A stretch of DNA of 64,000 bases, from NCBI RefSeq assembly GCF_028368995.1, contig NZ_JAQNDL010000002.1, positions 832,001 to 896,000 of the forward strand, written 5' to 3'. The number at the start of each line of letters is the position of its first letter. Position 1 is the first letter of the stretch. A program made the position numbers and the translations under genes. The notes below the pieces were generated by a model. The model was not told the DNA's origin. It was given only the letters and a program-made list of their open reading frames with translations, and made no database searches. Shown one piece after another: positions 54,069 through 64,000 of the stretch. This DNA is from Nannocystis bainbridge. GTDB lineage: Bacteria > Myxococcota_A > Polyangia > Nannocystales > Nannocystaceae.

Positions 54069-56264
54069 ATGTTCACCCTCACGCTCGACCCACCGGAGGC
54101 GTCGCCCCGCCTCGCGGTCATCACGATCGACCGCCCGGGCGAGAAGGTCAATACGATCGCCCCGGCGGCGCTGGCCGCGATCGAGGAGCAGTTCGCCACG
54201 CTCGACAGCACCCCCGGCCTGGCCGGCATCGTGCTGATCTCGGGCAAGCCCGACAACTTCATCGCCGGCGCCGATGTCGACGTGTTCGCCACCGCCAAGG
54301 AGCGCAAGGACGTCGAGACCTTCAGCCGTAAGGGCCACGAGGTCCTCAAGCGGCTCGCCAACTCGAAGCTGCCGGTCGTCGCCGCCATCCACGGCGCCTG
54401 CCTCGGCGCTGGCCTCGAGCTCGCGCTGTGCTGCACCTGGCGGATCGCCACCGACTCGCCGAAGACGGTGCTCGGCCTGCCCGAGACGATGCTCGGCCTG
54501 TTCCCGGGCGGCGGCGGCGTGACCCGGCTGCCGCGCCTCATCGGCGTGCGCGAGTCGCTCGACATGATCCTCACCGGCCGCAACATCCGCCCGCGCGCGG
54601 CCAAGAAGATGGGCCTCGTCGACCAGGTGGTGAGCGAGGAGTCGCTGCTGGCCGCGGCGCGCCGGGCCGCGGGGCTGCTGGCGGCGGACAAGCTCGAGCC
54701 GCGGCTGCACCCGAAGGGCGACGTCGTCCGCGCGCTGCTCGAGCACAACCCGGTCGGCCGCAAGGTGCTGTTCAACCAGGCGCGCAAGACCGTCCAGCGC
54801 AAGACGCTGGGGCTGTATCCGGCGCCGCTCGTGGCCATCGACTTGATCGAGCGCGGGCTGACGCTGCCGCTCGACGAGGCGCTGGCCCAGGAGCCGCCGG
54901 CGTTCGCCGAGCTGGCGGTCGGGCCGGTGGCGCAGAACCTGGTGTCGCTGTTCCGCCGCAGCAACGCGCTGAAGAAGCAAGAGGTCAAGGACGCCGGCGG
55001 CGAGGTCGTCGAGGGCGAGCCCATCACCCGCCTCGGCATGGTCGGCGGCGGCTTCATGGGCGCCGACATCGCCGTGGTCTCGGCCGAGAAGGGCATCGAG
55101 ACGCGGATCCGCGACATCGCGCCCGAGCCGCTCGGCAAGGCGCTGGCCCACTGCAAGGCGTACTTCGACCGCCGGTCGCGGAGCCTCGGCGAGCGCCACG
55201 TGTTCAAGGCCCGGAGCCGGGTCAGCGGCAGCCTCGAGCTGACCGGCTACGGCACCATGGACCTCATCATCGAGGCCGTGCCGGAGAACCTCGGGCTCAA
55301 GCAGGACGTGTTCGCCCAGCTCGAGGCGATCGTGCCGCCGACGACGATCCTGGCGACCAACACCTCGGCGCTGCCGATCGGCAAGATCGGCGCGAAGATG
55401 GAGCACAAGGACCGCCTGATCGGCCTCCACTTCTTCTCGCCGGTGTCGAAGATGCCGCTGCTCGAGATCGTGGTGACGCCGGAGACCTCGGCGCAGACGC
55501 TGGCGACCTGCCTGCGCTACGCGGCCCAGATCGGCAAGACGCCGATCGTGGTCAAGGACGGCCCGGGCTTCTACACCACGCGCGTGCTCGGCTTCTACTT
55601 GATGGCCGCGCTGCAGATGGTGCAGGACGGTCACACCATCGAGGCGGTCGACCGCGGCGCGCGGCAGATCGGCTGGCCGGTCGGCCCGATCACGCTGCTC
55701 GACGAGGTCGGCATCGACGTCGGCGCCAAGGTGTCCAAGACCCTGGCCGAGGCGTTCCCCGAGCGCATCGTCGTGCCCGACACCGTCGACCAGTTCCTCG
55801 CCAGCAAGCGCTTCGGCCGCAAGAACGGCCGCGGGTTCTACATCTACCCGGGCGAGGGCGAGCGCGGGTTCCTCGGCAAGAAGCCGCGCAAGCGGGTCGA
55901 TCCCGAGGTCTACGGGTTCTTCGCCGGCCGCACGCCGCTGGCCGAGCCGGGCGATCCGGAGGAGCTGGGCGAGCGTCTGACGCTGATCGCCGCGGCCGAG
56001 GCCATCCGTTGCCTCGAAGAGGGCATCATCGCCTCGCCGCGCGACGGCGACATCGGGGCGGTGTTCGGCTTCGGCTACCCGCCGATGCGCGGCGGTCCGT
56101 TCCGCCACATCGACGCGCTCGGCCCGGGCGCGGTGGTCAGCCGCATGGCCCAACTGCGCGAGCGCTACGGCGAGGCCTACGCCCCGCCAGCGCTGCTGCT
56201 CGAGCTGGCCCGGACGGGCAAGAATTTCTCGAGCCTCAACAAGGATGAGGGAGGTGCTGCATGA
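54069..56264 (+). CDS. fadJ: Fatty acid oxidation complex alpha subunit (enoyl-CoA hydratase/3-hydroxyacyl-CoA dehydrogenase)
   Basis: FIAGAD, CLGAGLE, GGGFMG, IEAVPE, TNTSALP, HFFSP. Confidence 0.9.
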   Translation: MFTLTLDPPEASPRLAVITIDRPGEKVNTIAPAALAAIEEQFATLDSTPGLAGIVLISGKPDNFIAGADVDVFATAKERKDVETFSRKGHEVLKRLANSKLPVVAAIHGACLGAGLELALCCTWRIATDSPKTVLGLPETMLGLFPGGGGVTRLPRLIGVRESLDMILTGRNIRPRAAKKMGLVDQVVSEESLLAAARRAAGLLAADKLEPRLHPKGDVVRALLEHNPVGRKVLFNQARKTVQRKTLGLYPAPLVAIDLIERGLTLPLDEALAQEPPAFAELAVGPVAQNLVSLFRRSNALKKQEVKDAGGEVVEGEPITRLGMVGGGFMGADIAVVSAEKGIETRIRDIAPEPLGKALAHCKAYFDRRSRSLGERHVFKARSRVSGSLELTGYGTMDLIIEAVPENLGLKQDVFAQLEAIVPPTTILATNTSALPIGKIGAKMEHKDRLIGLHFFSPVSKMPLLEIVVTPETSAQTLATCLRYAAQIGKTPIVVKDGPGFYTTRVLGFYLMAALQMVQDGHTIEAVDRGARQIGWPVGPITLLDEVGIDVGAKVSKTLAEAFPERIVVPDTVDQFLASKRFGRKNGRGFYIYPGEGERGFLGKKPRKRVDPEVYGFFAGRTPLAEPGDPEELGERLTLIAAAEAIRCLEEGIIASPRDGDIGAVFGFGYPPMRGGPFRHIDALGPGAVVSRMAQLRERYGEAYAPPALLLELARTGKNFSSLNKDEGGAA

Positions 56265-57556
56265 GTTCGCAAGTCCGCAGGGTCGCGGTGGTCGCGGGGG
56301 CGCGTACGCCCTTTTGTAAGGCGGGCGGGCAGCTGATCCGCAGCTCGGCCGTGCAGCTCGGCGTGGCGGCAGCCCGCGAGACGCTGCTCAAGGCGCAGAT
56401 CCGTCCGGAGCGCGTGCAGGGCCTCGTGTTCGGCATCGTCTCGCCGCCGGTCGGCGCGCCCAACATCGCCCGCGAGATCGCGCTGGCGGGGGCGTTCCCC
56501 ACCGGCGTGCCGGGCTTCACGATCAGCATGGCGTGCATCTCGAGCAACCAGGCGATCACGACCGCGGCCGAGAGCATCGCCCTCGGCAAGGCCGACGTCG
56601 TGCTCGCCGGCGGCGCCGAGGTGCTGAGCGACGTGCCGATCCAGTACGGTCGCCGCTTCCGCGACGCGCTGTTCGTCGCCAGCAAGGCGCGCAGCGCCGG
56701 CGAGCGGCTCAAGGCGTTCCGCGGGGTCAAGCTCGCGGACCTCGCCCCGGTGGCGCCAGCCATCGCCGAGACCTCGACCGGCCAGACGATGGGTCAGTCG
56801 GCCGAGAAGATGGCCAAGGCGTTCGGCATCAAGCGCGAGGACCAGGACAAGTTCGCCGCCCAGAGCCACCTCCGCGCCAGCGAGGCGTGGAAGAACAAGC
56901 TCATCTCGCCGCGCGTGGCCCCCGTGGCCGTCCCGCGCGGCAAAGAGGTGTCGGTGGTGACGAGCGACGATCACCCGCGCGGCGACACCAGCGTCGAGAA
57001 GCTGGCCAAGCTGAAGCCGGTGTTCGACCGCGAGCTCGGCTCGGTCACCGCGGGCAACAGCTCGCCGCTGACCGACGGCGCGTCGGCGGTGCTGCTGGCC
57101 TCGGAGGAGGTCGCTCGCGCCGAAGGCTGGCCGATCCTCGGCATCCTCCGCGGCTACCAGTACACCGCCATCGACCCGTTCGAGCACCTGCTGATGGGCC
57201 CCGTCAGCGCGGTCGCCAGCGTGCTCGATCAGACCGGCCTGGCGCTGTCGGACCTCGGCGTGATCGAGATGCACGAGGCGTTCGCGGCCCAGGTGCTGGC
57301 CAACATCCACGGCCTCGGCTCGGCCAAATACTGCGCCGAGAAGCTCGGGCGGGCGGCCGCCGTCGGTGACATCGATCCGACGTTCATCAACCAGTGGGGC
57401 GGCAGCATCAGCCTCGGTCACCCGTTCGGCGCCACCGGCGGCCGCCTGGTGATCCAGCTGCTCGACCAGATGGCCCAGCAGTCGGCCCAGTTCGGCCTGA
57501 TCTCGGCGTGCGCCGCCGGCGGCATGGGCTCGGCGATGATCTTCGAGCGGGCGTAG
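56261..57556 (+). CDS. fadI: Acetyl-CoA C-acyltransferase (thiolase)
   Basis: ARTPF, MACISS, HEAFA, GHPFGATG, CAAGG. Confidence 0.92.
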   Translation: MSSQVRRVAVVAGARTPFCKAGGQLIRSSAVQLGVAAARETLLKAQIRPERVQGLVFGIVSPPVGAPNIAREIALAGAFPTGVPGFTISMACISSNQAITTAAESIALGKADVVLAGGAEVLSDVPIQYGRRFRDALFVASKARSAGERLKAFRGVKLADLAPVAPAIAETSTGQTMGQSAEKMAKAFGIKREDQDKFAAQSHLRASEAWKNKLISPRVAPVAVPRGKEVSVVTSDDHPRGDTSVEKLAKLKPVFDRELGSVTAGNSSPLTDGASAVLLASEEVARAEGWPILGILRGYQYTAIDPFEHLLMGPVSAVASVLDQTGLALSDLGVIEMHEAFAAQVLANIHGLGSAKYCAEKLGRAAAVGDIDPTFINQWGGSISLGHPFGATGGRLVIQLLDQMAQQSAQFGLISACAAGGMGSAMIFERA

Positions 57557-57807
57557 CTCGCCTCGCCGCTCGCCCCCGCGGGCCTCGAGGTCGCCTCGAG
57601 GCCCGTTCGTGCTTTCGGCGAACACGCGTCGAGGCGCTCGCTACCGGGCTGTGCGGACCGCGAGAGCCGTTCGTGGTTTCGGCGCGTGCGCGTCGAGGAC
57701 AGACGGGCGAGTGCCAGGTCAGGTTTTCCTACTGTCCCTTGGGGCATGCCCACACGACCATGTCGTGATGGACATGCCCGGAGGAGCATGTCTAAAAGGA
57801 TAGCCGT

Positions 57808-58599
57808 TCAGGCGAGCCGCGTATCGCCGTCGTCGCCGTTGTCGTCGAAGCGATCGTCGTCATCGTCGTCGCCGCCGTCCAGCAGATCGAGCTCGTCGTC
57901 GTCGCCCGCCAGGCGCGGCGCGGCCGGCGGGGTGGCGAGCGCGTAGGCCAGTGGGGCCACGCCGAGGCGCTTGATCCGGAACAGGTTGAGGCCGATGGCC
58001 GCGGTGACCTCGGGGCTGCCGCGGTACTGCAGGCGGCAGTCGCCGGTGGCCGCGATCTGCAGCGACCCGCCGAGCCGGCCGAATTGCTGGAAGCGCAGCA
58101 GCTCCGGCGGATCGCCGCGCAGCGTCACGCCGGCGTCGCCGGCCTCCGAGCCGTAGAAGAGCAGGTCGCGGCCCTTGAACAGCTCGCCGACCACGAAGTA
58201 GCGGAGGAACGGCCAGTCGTCGCGCTCGCGCAGGGCGAGCGCGATCTGCCGCGGGCTCTGCAGGCGATCGACGTCGAGCTCGGCGACCGAGACGAAGAAC
58301 GAGGAGCGGCGCGAAAGGTTGATGTCGAGCGCGGCCCCGGCCTCGCCGACGGCCAGCTCGGCGGCGCCGCCGAAGCCGAGCGAGCCCTCGCTGTGGTACT
58401 GGAATTTGTCGGCGCGCCGACCGCCCGGCTCGACGACGACGGGCACGCCGAAGTCGGTGGTGACGTGGCCGATGCGGACGAACACGCCGCCGCGGAACAC
58501 CCCGTAATCGCCGGGGCGCACGTCGAGCAGCGGCGGCCACACGGCCCGGCAGCGCAGGTGTCTCCGCAACGAACGGGTGTACTCGCGGGCGATGCTCAT
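57808..58599 (-). CDS. Gasdermin-like putative pore-forming protein with acidic C-terminal tail
   Basis: N-terminal helix then WPP...VRPGDYG...F.RIG, amphipathic Gly-rich beta hairpins, 263 aa; by-eye similarity only. Confidence 0.5.
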   Translation of the reverse strand: MSIAREYTRSLRRHLRCRAVWPPLLDVRPGDYGVFRGGVFVRIGHVTTDFGVPVVVEPGGRRADKFQYHSEGSLGFGGAAELAVGEAGAALDINLSRRSSFFVSVAELDVDRLQSPRQIALALRERDDWPFLRYFVVGELFKGRDLLFYGSEAGDAGVTLRGDPPELLRFQQFGRLGGSLQIAATGDCRLQYRGSPEVTAAIGLNLFRIKRLGVAPLAYALATPPAAPRLAGDDDELDLLDGGDDDDDDRFDDNGDDGDTRLA

Positions 58600-58618
58600 C
58601 GCCCTCACTATGGCACGC

Positions 58619-59641
58619 CTACTCCCAGTCGAGCATGCTGAGCGAGGCGCGCACGAGCTCGCCCATCGACTCGCAGCGCAGGAAGCGGTCGTCGCGGTGG
58701 TAATGCGCGAGCTCCTGCCGCAGCCGCAGGATGTTGTCGAGCGGCGCGAGTTCGTCGGCGCTCATGGTGTGCAGGAGATCGCCGAGCGCCTCGTGCTCGG
58801 CCCGAGCGCGCAGCCGGAGCAGCGCGTGCTCCTCCTCCTGGTACTGCTTGACCGACTCGTGGGTCATGCACGACATGGCGAGGAAGATGACCGCGTTGTT
58901 CTGCGAGTAGTACTTGGGCATGTACACGTTGCAGCGGCCCTCATAGCTCTGCTGGTCGAAGTCGATCGCGCGGATCCGGATCATCACCTCGTCGAGGTCG
59001 GGGATGACGTTGACCACGAAGTTGCTCGAGTGCATGTCGCCCAGCAGGCGCACGAAGCAGCGCTCGTTGAACTTGACGAACTCCTTGGCCAGGCGCACCG
59101 CCTCGATCCGCGAGTCGCCGAGGTGCTCGCGGATGAACTGATCGCCCGGGATGCCGGCGATGTGCTCCTCGACGAGGGTGACGCTGTCGGTGAGGTACTG
59201 GATCCGGCTCGGCGACAGCAGGTCCTCGAGCTCGAGCCCGTAGAGCCGCGAGGCGTCGGCGTGCTTGACGTAGAAGTAGTCGAAGTTCTCGTTGAGGGTG
59301 TTGAGGATCCGGACGCGAAACGGCTGGGTGTTGCCGTAGGAGCAGACGTCGACGCGATCGGTGATGAGGTGCTGCATCAGCGAGGCGTTGCCCATGACTC
59401 GCATGTTGGCGTAGGTGCGCACGAGGTCGCGGTGGATCTCCTTGCGCATCGACGCCGGGTACAGCACCGACTGCCACAAGGTGTCGCGCCCGCGCTTGTC
59501 GTAGACCGGGGTGGCGTCGTCGTAGCGGGTGAGATCGGCGTACGACACCGGCAACTCGGCGAGGCGGCCGTGACGACGGAGATAGCTGCGCAGGCCCTCC
59601 TGCACGCGGTAGGGCCGCTTCTTCCGCGAGATCATCGCCAT
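58619..59641 (-). CDS. Hypothetical protein with HipA/PI3-4-kinase-like catalytic motifs
   Basis: FYVK, LLGDMHSSNF, AIDFD. Confidence 0.6.
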   Translation of the reverse strand: MAMISRKKRPYRVQEGLRSYLRRHGRLAELPVSYADLTRYDDATPVYDKRGRDTLWQSVLYPASMRKEIHRDLVRTYANMRVMGNASLMQHLITDRVDVCSYGNTQPFRVRILNTLNENFDYFYVKHADASRLYGLELEDLLSPSRIQYLTDSVTLVEEHIAGIPGDQFIREHLGDSRIEAVRLAKEFVKFNERCFVRLLGDMHSSNFVVNVIPDLDEVMIRIRAIDFDQQSYEGRCNVYMPKYYSQNNAVIFLAMSCMTHESVKQYQEEEHALLRLRARAEHEALGDLLHTMSADELAPLDNILRLRQELAHYHRDDRFLRCESMGELVRASLSMLDWE

Positions 59642-60361
59642 GCCGCGGCAGGATGACGGCTCGCAGGCGCCGGCGCAAGCGCGGCCGCGAAGGCACACCG
59701 GAGGGATCGCGGAGCATGCACCGCCGGGCCCGCGTGGACCGACGCGAGAGGTCCGCGGTCGTCTGGCGCTCCGCGGTCGCGGCGGGCGCAGCGTGGCGAA
59801 CCTCGGGACGTCGCGCTCGCGGCGATCGGGCTCGGTGTGCTCGCGCGAGGCTGTCCCATCGGACAGCTAGCTTCCTGCGACCCGAACGGCGACCGCGAGA
59901 GCGCGCGTGGCCGACGGTCGCGGGTGCGTGCGCCCGGCGAGCTGGGTCGGGGCGGCCGGGGCGTTCCCGTCGAGCCCCGGGCTTCGCGGAAGGACCGGCC
60001 CATGCGTGCGTAGATCGTGGGCACCGCCGCGTGAGCTCGCGCAGGGTCTCGCGGGAGAGGTCTGCCCCGGTGAGCGGCCGATCGGGACGGAGCGGCCATG
60101 ACGCTGCCTCCGACAGCCCTCGCGGGCCGGCAGCGTAGCTGTCTTTTGGGTCATGTCCGTGATCGCGGGCCCGGAGGGCCGGCCCGGATGCGCGGGCGCG
60201 GGCCTCGTCGCCGGCCTGTCGTGGCCCAGCGGAGCGCCAGGCTGCGCGAGCGCCTGCGGCCGAGAAGCCGTGGCGCGGAGGTCAGCGTGAAGGCCGGTTC
60301 ATCGCGCCCCCGGCAGTTTCTCCTGGCGGGCGCGCGCGGCCGTGGGCGATGATGTCACCCA

Positions 60362-61831
60362 ATGGTCTACCGAAACGTGACGCCGCTCGTCGTCGCCTGC
60401 GCGCTGGCGAGTGCCTGCGGCGACGATCTCAACACCACCGACAGTGCCACCGGGACCGATACCGAGGCGACGGGCACCACCGACACTTCGCCGACGACGA
60501 CCGACGCGCCGCCGACGACGACCGAGGCGACGACCGATGCGACCACCGGCGACACCTCGACGGGCACCACCGGCGACGAGTTCCCGGTCGGTGGTTGCGG
60601 GGCCCCGCCGTTCGAGTGGTTGCCGTCCGACGGCATGGGCGAGATCATCGACTTCGAGCAGGTCATCCAGCTCGACGCGCCGACGATCACCGACCTGCTC
60701 GAGCAGAACGGCTTTACGGCGCTCGGCGCCGCCGACTACGGCGCGCGCGTCTACAAGATCCGCTACGTGACGCAGGACCGCGGCGAGAAGCACGAGACCA
60801 CCGGGTTCGTGTCGTTCCCGATCCTGGACGCGCCGGAGGAGCGGCCGGTGGTGGTGTGGGCCCACGGGACCAGCGGCTTCACCGACGCGTGCGCGCCGAC
60901 CAAGGATCCGATGGGCTTCCAGGTGCCGCTGATCCTGGCCGCGAAGGGCTTCATCTCGGTCGCGCCCGACTACATCGGCATGAACGGCTGGGGCCCGGCG
61001 TCGAACCGGCTGCACCCGTACATCGTGCCCGAGCCGACGGCGATCGCCACGCTCGACTCGATCCGCGCGCTGTATCAGCTGGCCGCGGGCAACATGGATC
61101 TGCCGAGCCTGCCGGGCGACGAGGTGGTCCTGTTCGGCGCCTCGGAGGGCGGCTTCGCCACGCTGTGGGCCGACCGCTACGCGCCCCACTACGCGCCCGA
61201 GCTCAACATCGTCGCCAACGTCGCCGCGGTCCCGCCGACCGACGCGGTCGGGCTGACCGAGCACGGCGCGACGGTGTTCGGGCCGACCACCGGCGCGCTC
61301 GCGGCCGCGGTCGTCGGCGGCTGGGACTGGACCGGGCGCCAGGGCGACCTCAGCGAGGTGCTCAGCGCCGGCCCGCCGATCGACGTCGCCACGGTGCTGC
61401 CGATGATGATGGAGGGCGGCTGCAACTTCGACCTGCCGCCCGAGATCACCAGCACCGATCAGGTCTACGCGCAGTCGTTCATCGACGCGGTGATCGACCG
61501 CGACTGGGAGGCGCTCGGCGACTGGGGCTGCTTCCTGCGCCAGGCGACGCTCGGCGAGTCCGAGGTCCCGCTGCTGAAGATCACGCCGACGCTGATCCAG
61601 CAGGGCGAGGTCGACGACCTGGTCTACACGCCGGTGGTCAAGGCCGACCTGCCGCGCCTGTGCGACCAGGGCTACCAGCTCGAGCACATCGACTGCGCCG
61701 GCGCCGGCCACGGCGACTCGGTGCTGCAGGCGGTGCCGTACATCCTGCAGTGGGTCAACGAGCGCCTCGACGGCGCGCCGCTGGCCGAGCCGTGCGTGAT
61801 CCACGAGCCGACCGACTGCACGCAGCTGTAG
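60362..61831 (+). CDS. Secretory lipase-family alpha/beta hydrolase lipoprotein
   Basis: Lipobox ASAC, WAHGT, CAP, APDYIG, GASEGG, QGEVD, GH. Confidence 0.85.
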   Translation: MVYRNVTPLVVACALASACGDDLNTTDSATGTDTEATGTTDTSPTTTDAPPTTTEATTDATTGDTSTGTTGDEFPVGGCGAPPFEWLPSDGMGEIIDFEQVIQLDAPTITDLLEQNGFTALGAADYGARVYKIRYVTQDRGEKHETTGFVSFPILDAPEERPVVVWAHGTSGFTDACAPTKDPMGFQVPLILAAKGFISVAPDYIGMNGWGPASNRLHPYIVPEPTAIATLDSIRALYQLAAGNMDLPSLPGDEVVLFGASEGGFATLWADRYAPHYAPELNIVANVAAVPPTDAVGLTEHGATVFGPTTGALAAAVVGGWDWTGRQGDLSEVLSAGPPIDVATVLPMMMEGGCNFDLPPEITSTDQVYAQSFIDAVIDRDWEALGDWGCFLRQATLGESEVPLLKITPTLIQQGEVDDLVYTPVVKADLPRLCDQGYQLEHIDCAGAGHGDSVLQAVPYILQWVNERLDGAPLAEPCVIHEPTDCTQL

Positions 61832-61903
61832 GTCCGCGAGGACAGGTCCGCGAGGGCAGGTCCGAACGGACAGGTCCTCGGGGACATGCTCGTTCGGGCA
61901 GGC

Positions 61904-63592
61904 TCAGTCGGCGGGCGGCCCGACCGGCAGGGCGGGGGCGACGGGGGTCGCGGCGGCCCAGGCGTCGAGGTGGCGCAGCACGGCCATGACGATGCGGTCC
62001 TCGGCGCGCTTGCGCTTGGCGGCGACGGCGACGCGGCCGTCGTCGACGTTGATGAGGATCGAGAAGCCGACCTGCGGGGTGCCGTCCTCGGCGGTGATGA
62101 CCCCGGTGAGGCCGCTGACGCCGTCGAGGGTGCCGGTCTTGGCGCGCACGCGCTTGCCCGACTGGCGCAGGCGCGACAGCATGGTCCCGCGCTCGCCGGC
62201 GACCGGCAGGGCCGAGACGAGGCCGCCCTCCTCGGCGCGCACGCGGCCGGCGAGGGCGATGAGGTCGACGAGCGCGCTGGTGGTGACGCGGCCGAGATCC
62301 GACAGGCCGGAGCCGTTCTCGAACACGAGGGCGTTGGGGTCGAGGCCGAGCGCGCGCCAGTAGCCGAGCACGACCTCGGCGCCGTTGTCCCAGTCGCCCG
62401 GGCTCTGGGTCACGCGCCAGCCGATGCAGCGCAGCAGCTGCTCGGCCATGAAGTTGTTGCTGAAGGCGAGCGCGTCGGCGGCGACGACCGCGAGCGGGGC
62501 CGAGTCGCGGCGCGTGACGAGCTCGGCGCCGTTGCCGTAGGGCGGGGCGGCGCCGCGGACGACCGGGAGCGGGGCGTCCTGGCTGCGCGTGGCGAGCAGG
62601 ACCGCGAGGGCGCCGCCGGTGTAGAGGCCAGGATCGGAGATCCGGCGTCGCACGAGCACGGGCTTGGCTTTGCGGCGGATCTTGCCGGTGACCTCGACGA
62701 CGGTCTCGACGCCGTCGCCCTCGCCGCGCGCGTAGGTGCGGACCGTGGGCACGCCGCTGCCGATGGTGGCGCGGTTGTCGATGACGAGGTGGGTGCTGTC
62801 GGGGAACAGGGTGACGACGGGGCCGTCGGCGGCCGGCGTGATGGTGATCTGGACGGTGTTGAAGTCGAGGCTGAGGGCGCCGCTCGGGGCCTGATACGAC
62901 ACGCCGACCGCGGTGTCGCTGAAGCCGGGGGCCAGGCGGCGCTGCGAGAAGGCGGCGTCGTCGACGACGATGCGCGTCAGCGAGGCGAGGTCGGTGCGCG
63001 CGGCGATCTCGTCGACGAGCGCGGCCAGAGCGACGTGGTCGAAGCTGGGGTCGCCCTCGCCGATCACCACGAGGTCGTCGCCGTGCCGCAGCACGCGGGT
63101 CTCGAACCGGTAGTCGGCGCCGAGCAGGTCGAGCGCGGCGGCGGTGGTCAGCAGCTTGTTGTTGCTGGCCGGGTTGAGCGGGACGTCGCCCTGGAAGTCG
63201 AACAGCACGGTGTCGCTGCCGAGGTCGCGGACGTGCACGCTGACCGAGGCGAGCCGCTCGAGCGGGGCGACGATCTTGCGGATCGCGGCGTCGAGCCCTG
63301 CGGTGTCGAGCGCGATCGGCGGGCCGGAGGCGCCGCCGCGGGTGCGCTCGACAGCGCGGCTGATCGCCTCCAACCGCGTCAGCAGCCGCTCGGCGGCGGT
63401 CGGCGGCGGCAGCTCGTCCGGCACCACCGCGACCTCGACGTAGGCGTCGCGCCGCGGCTCGGCCTCGCCTGTCTCGAGGGACATGGCATAGGGGACAGGG
63501 GCGACCAGGCGGGTGAGGGCGCCGCCCGCGAAGGCGAGGGCGGCCGCGGCGAGCAGGGCCATCGCGCCGGCTGCCGCGGGCCAGACGTGCAT
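61904..63592 (-). CDS. dacB: D-Ala-D-Ala carboxypeptidase/endopeptidase (peptidase S13)
   Basis: PASNNK, SNNFMAE, NGSGLS, AKTGTL; start uncertain. Confidence 0.9.
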   Translation of the reverse strand: MHVWPAAAGAMALLAAAALAFAGGALTRLVAPVPYAMSLETGEAEPRRDAYVEVAVVPDELPPPTAAERLLTRLEAISRAVERTRGGASGPPIALDTAGLDAAIRKIVAPLERLASVSVHVRDLGSDTVLFDFQGDVPLNPASNNKLLTTAAALDLLGADYRFETRVLRHGDDLVVIGEGDPSFDHVALAALVDEIAARTDLASLTRIVVDDAAFSQRRLAPGFSDTAVGVSYQAPSGALSLDFNTVQITITPAADGPVVTLFPDSTHLVIDNRATIGSGVPTVRTYARGEGDGVETVVEVTGKIRRKAKPVLVRRRISDPGLYTGGALAVLLATRSQDAPLPVVRGAAPPYGNGAELVTRRDSAPLAVVAADALAFSNNFMAEQLLRCIGWRVTQSPGDWDNGAEVVLGYWRALGLDPNALVFENGSGLSDLGRVTTSALVDLIALAGRVRAEEGGLVSALPVAGERGTMLSRLRQSGKRVRAKTGTLDGVSGLTGVITAEDGTPQVGFSILINVDDGRVAVAAKRKRAEDRIVMAVLRHLDAWAAATPVAPALPVGPPAD

Positions 63593-63887
63593 GCGCACAC
63601 AATGCGGCGAGGCGGAAGAGCCCGTCAAGCTGCGCGGCGGCGCAGCCGCGGCGGAGCGCGCTGCGCGAGGTGACAGCGGCGTCAGGTCGGCCGAGAAGGC
63701 TGGCCGAAGGGACATGTGAGGACCGCGCGCGCGGACGCCCGTGCGCGCGCCTGCACGCGCAGACAGACGCGGTTCGTCGCGCAATTCCCCGGGTCCGCGC
63801 AGGGGCAGCGCCCGGGCGCGCTCGCGCTCGCTCACGTCCGTGGCCGTCGTCATGGACCCGATCGGCGAAGGCCCATAGGGCTGCGGA

Positions 63888-64000
63888 ATGACTCCGTCTG
63901 CGCGTCGTTCCTGGGTGTTTGCTCCTCTGCTGCTCGCCACTTGCGGCGGCGACGGCGGCCGCGACTCTGCGACCGCGGGGGCCGTGACGATGACGGGCTC
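63888..64000 (+). CDS. Probable lipoprotein, 3'-truncated by window edge
   Basis: MTPSARRSWVFAPLLLATC-GGDGG. Confidence 0.5.
   Translation, partial: MTPSARRSWVFAPLLLATCGGDGGRDSATAGAVTMTG

Overview
High-GC myxobacterial-type chromosome segment (GltG/AgmX-like protein, MYXO-CTERM and ADYC proteins, TPR Ser/Thr kinases; Nannocystis-like is an inference). Mostly ordinary core genes (metG, apaG, grxD fusion, two ABC-F, fadJ/fadI, dacB). The main accessory feature is a ~14 kb integrative element (38503-52574) with no virion or conjugation genes, bounded by a 21/24-bp direct repeat. That repeat is coding on both strands: it is the 5' end of a host zinc-ribbon/TPR gene (- strand), and re-joining the element ends creates an RBS-led 124-aa ORF heading the element operon (+ strand). 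The element carries a frameshifted tyrosine integrase between two PP2C-like phosphatases, an amino-MTase, a Rep-like gene with internal repeats, a ParB-like protein and a 4x22-bp iteron-like array. It has been hit by an IS3-family element and by an IS110 whose bridge-RNA region appears to hold two target-binding loops, one matching the actual insertion site exactly. Outside the element: a gasdermin-like gene paired with an atypical kinase-like gene, a candidate structured sRNA, and dispersed GGACA(T/G)GTCC mini-arrays. All product calls come from motif recognition by eye, not database searches.
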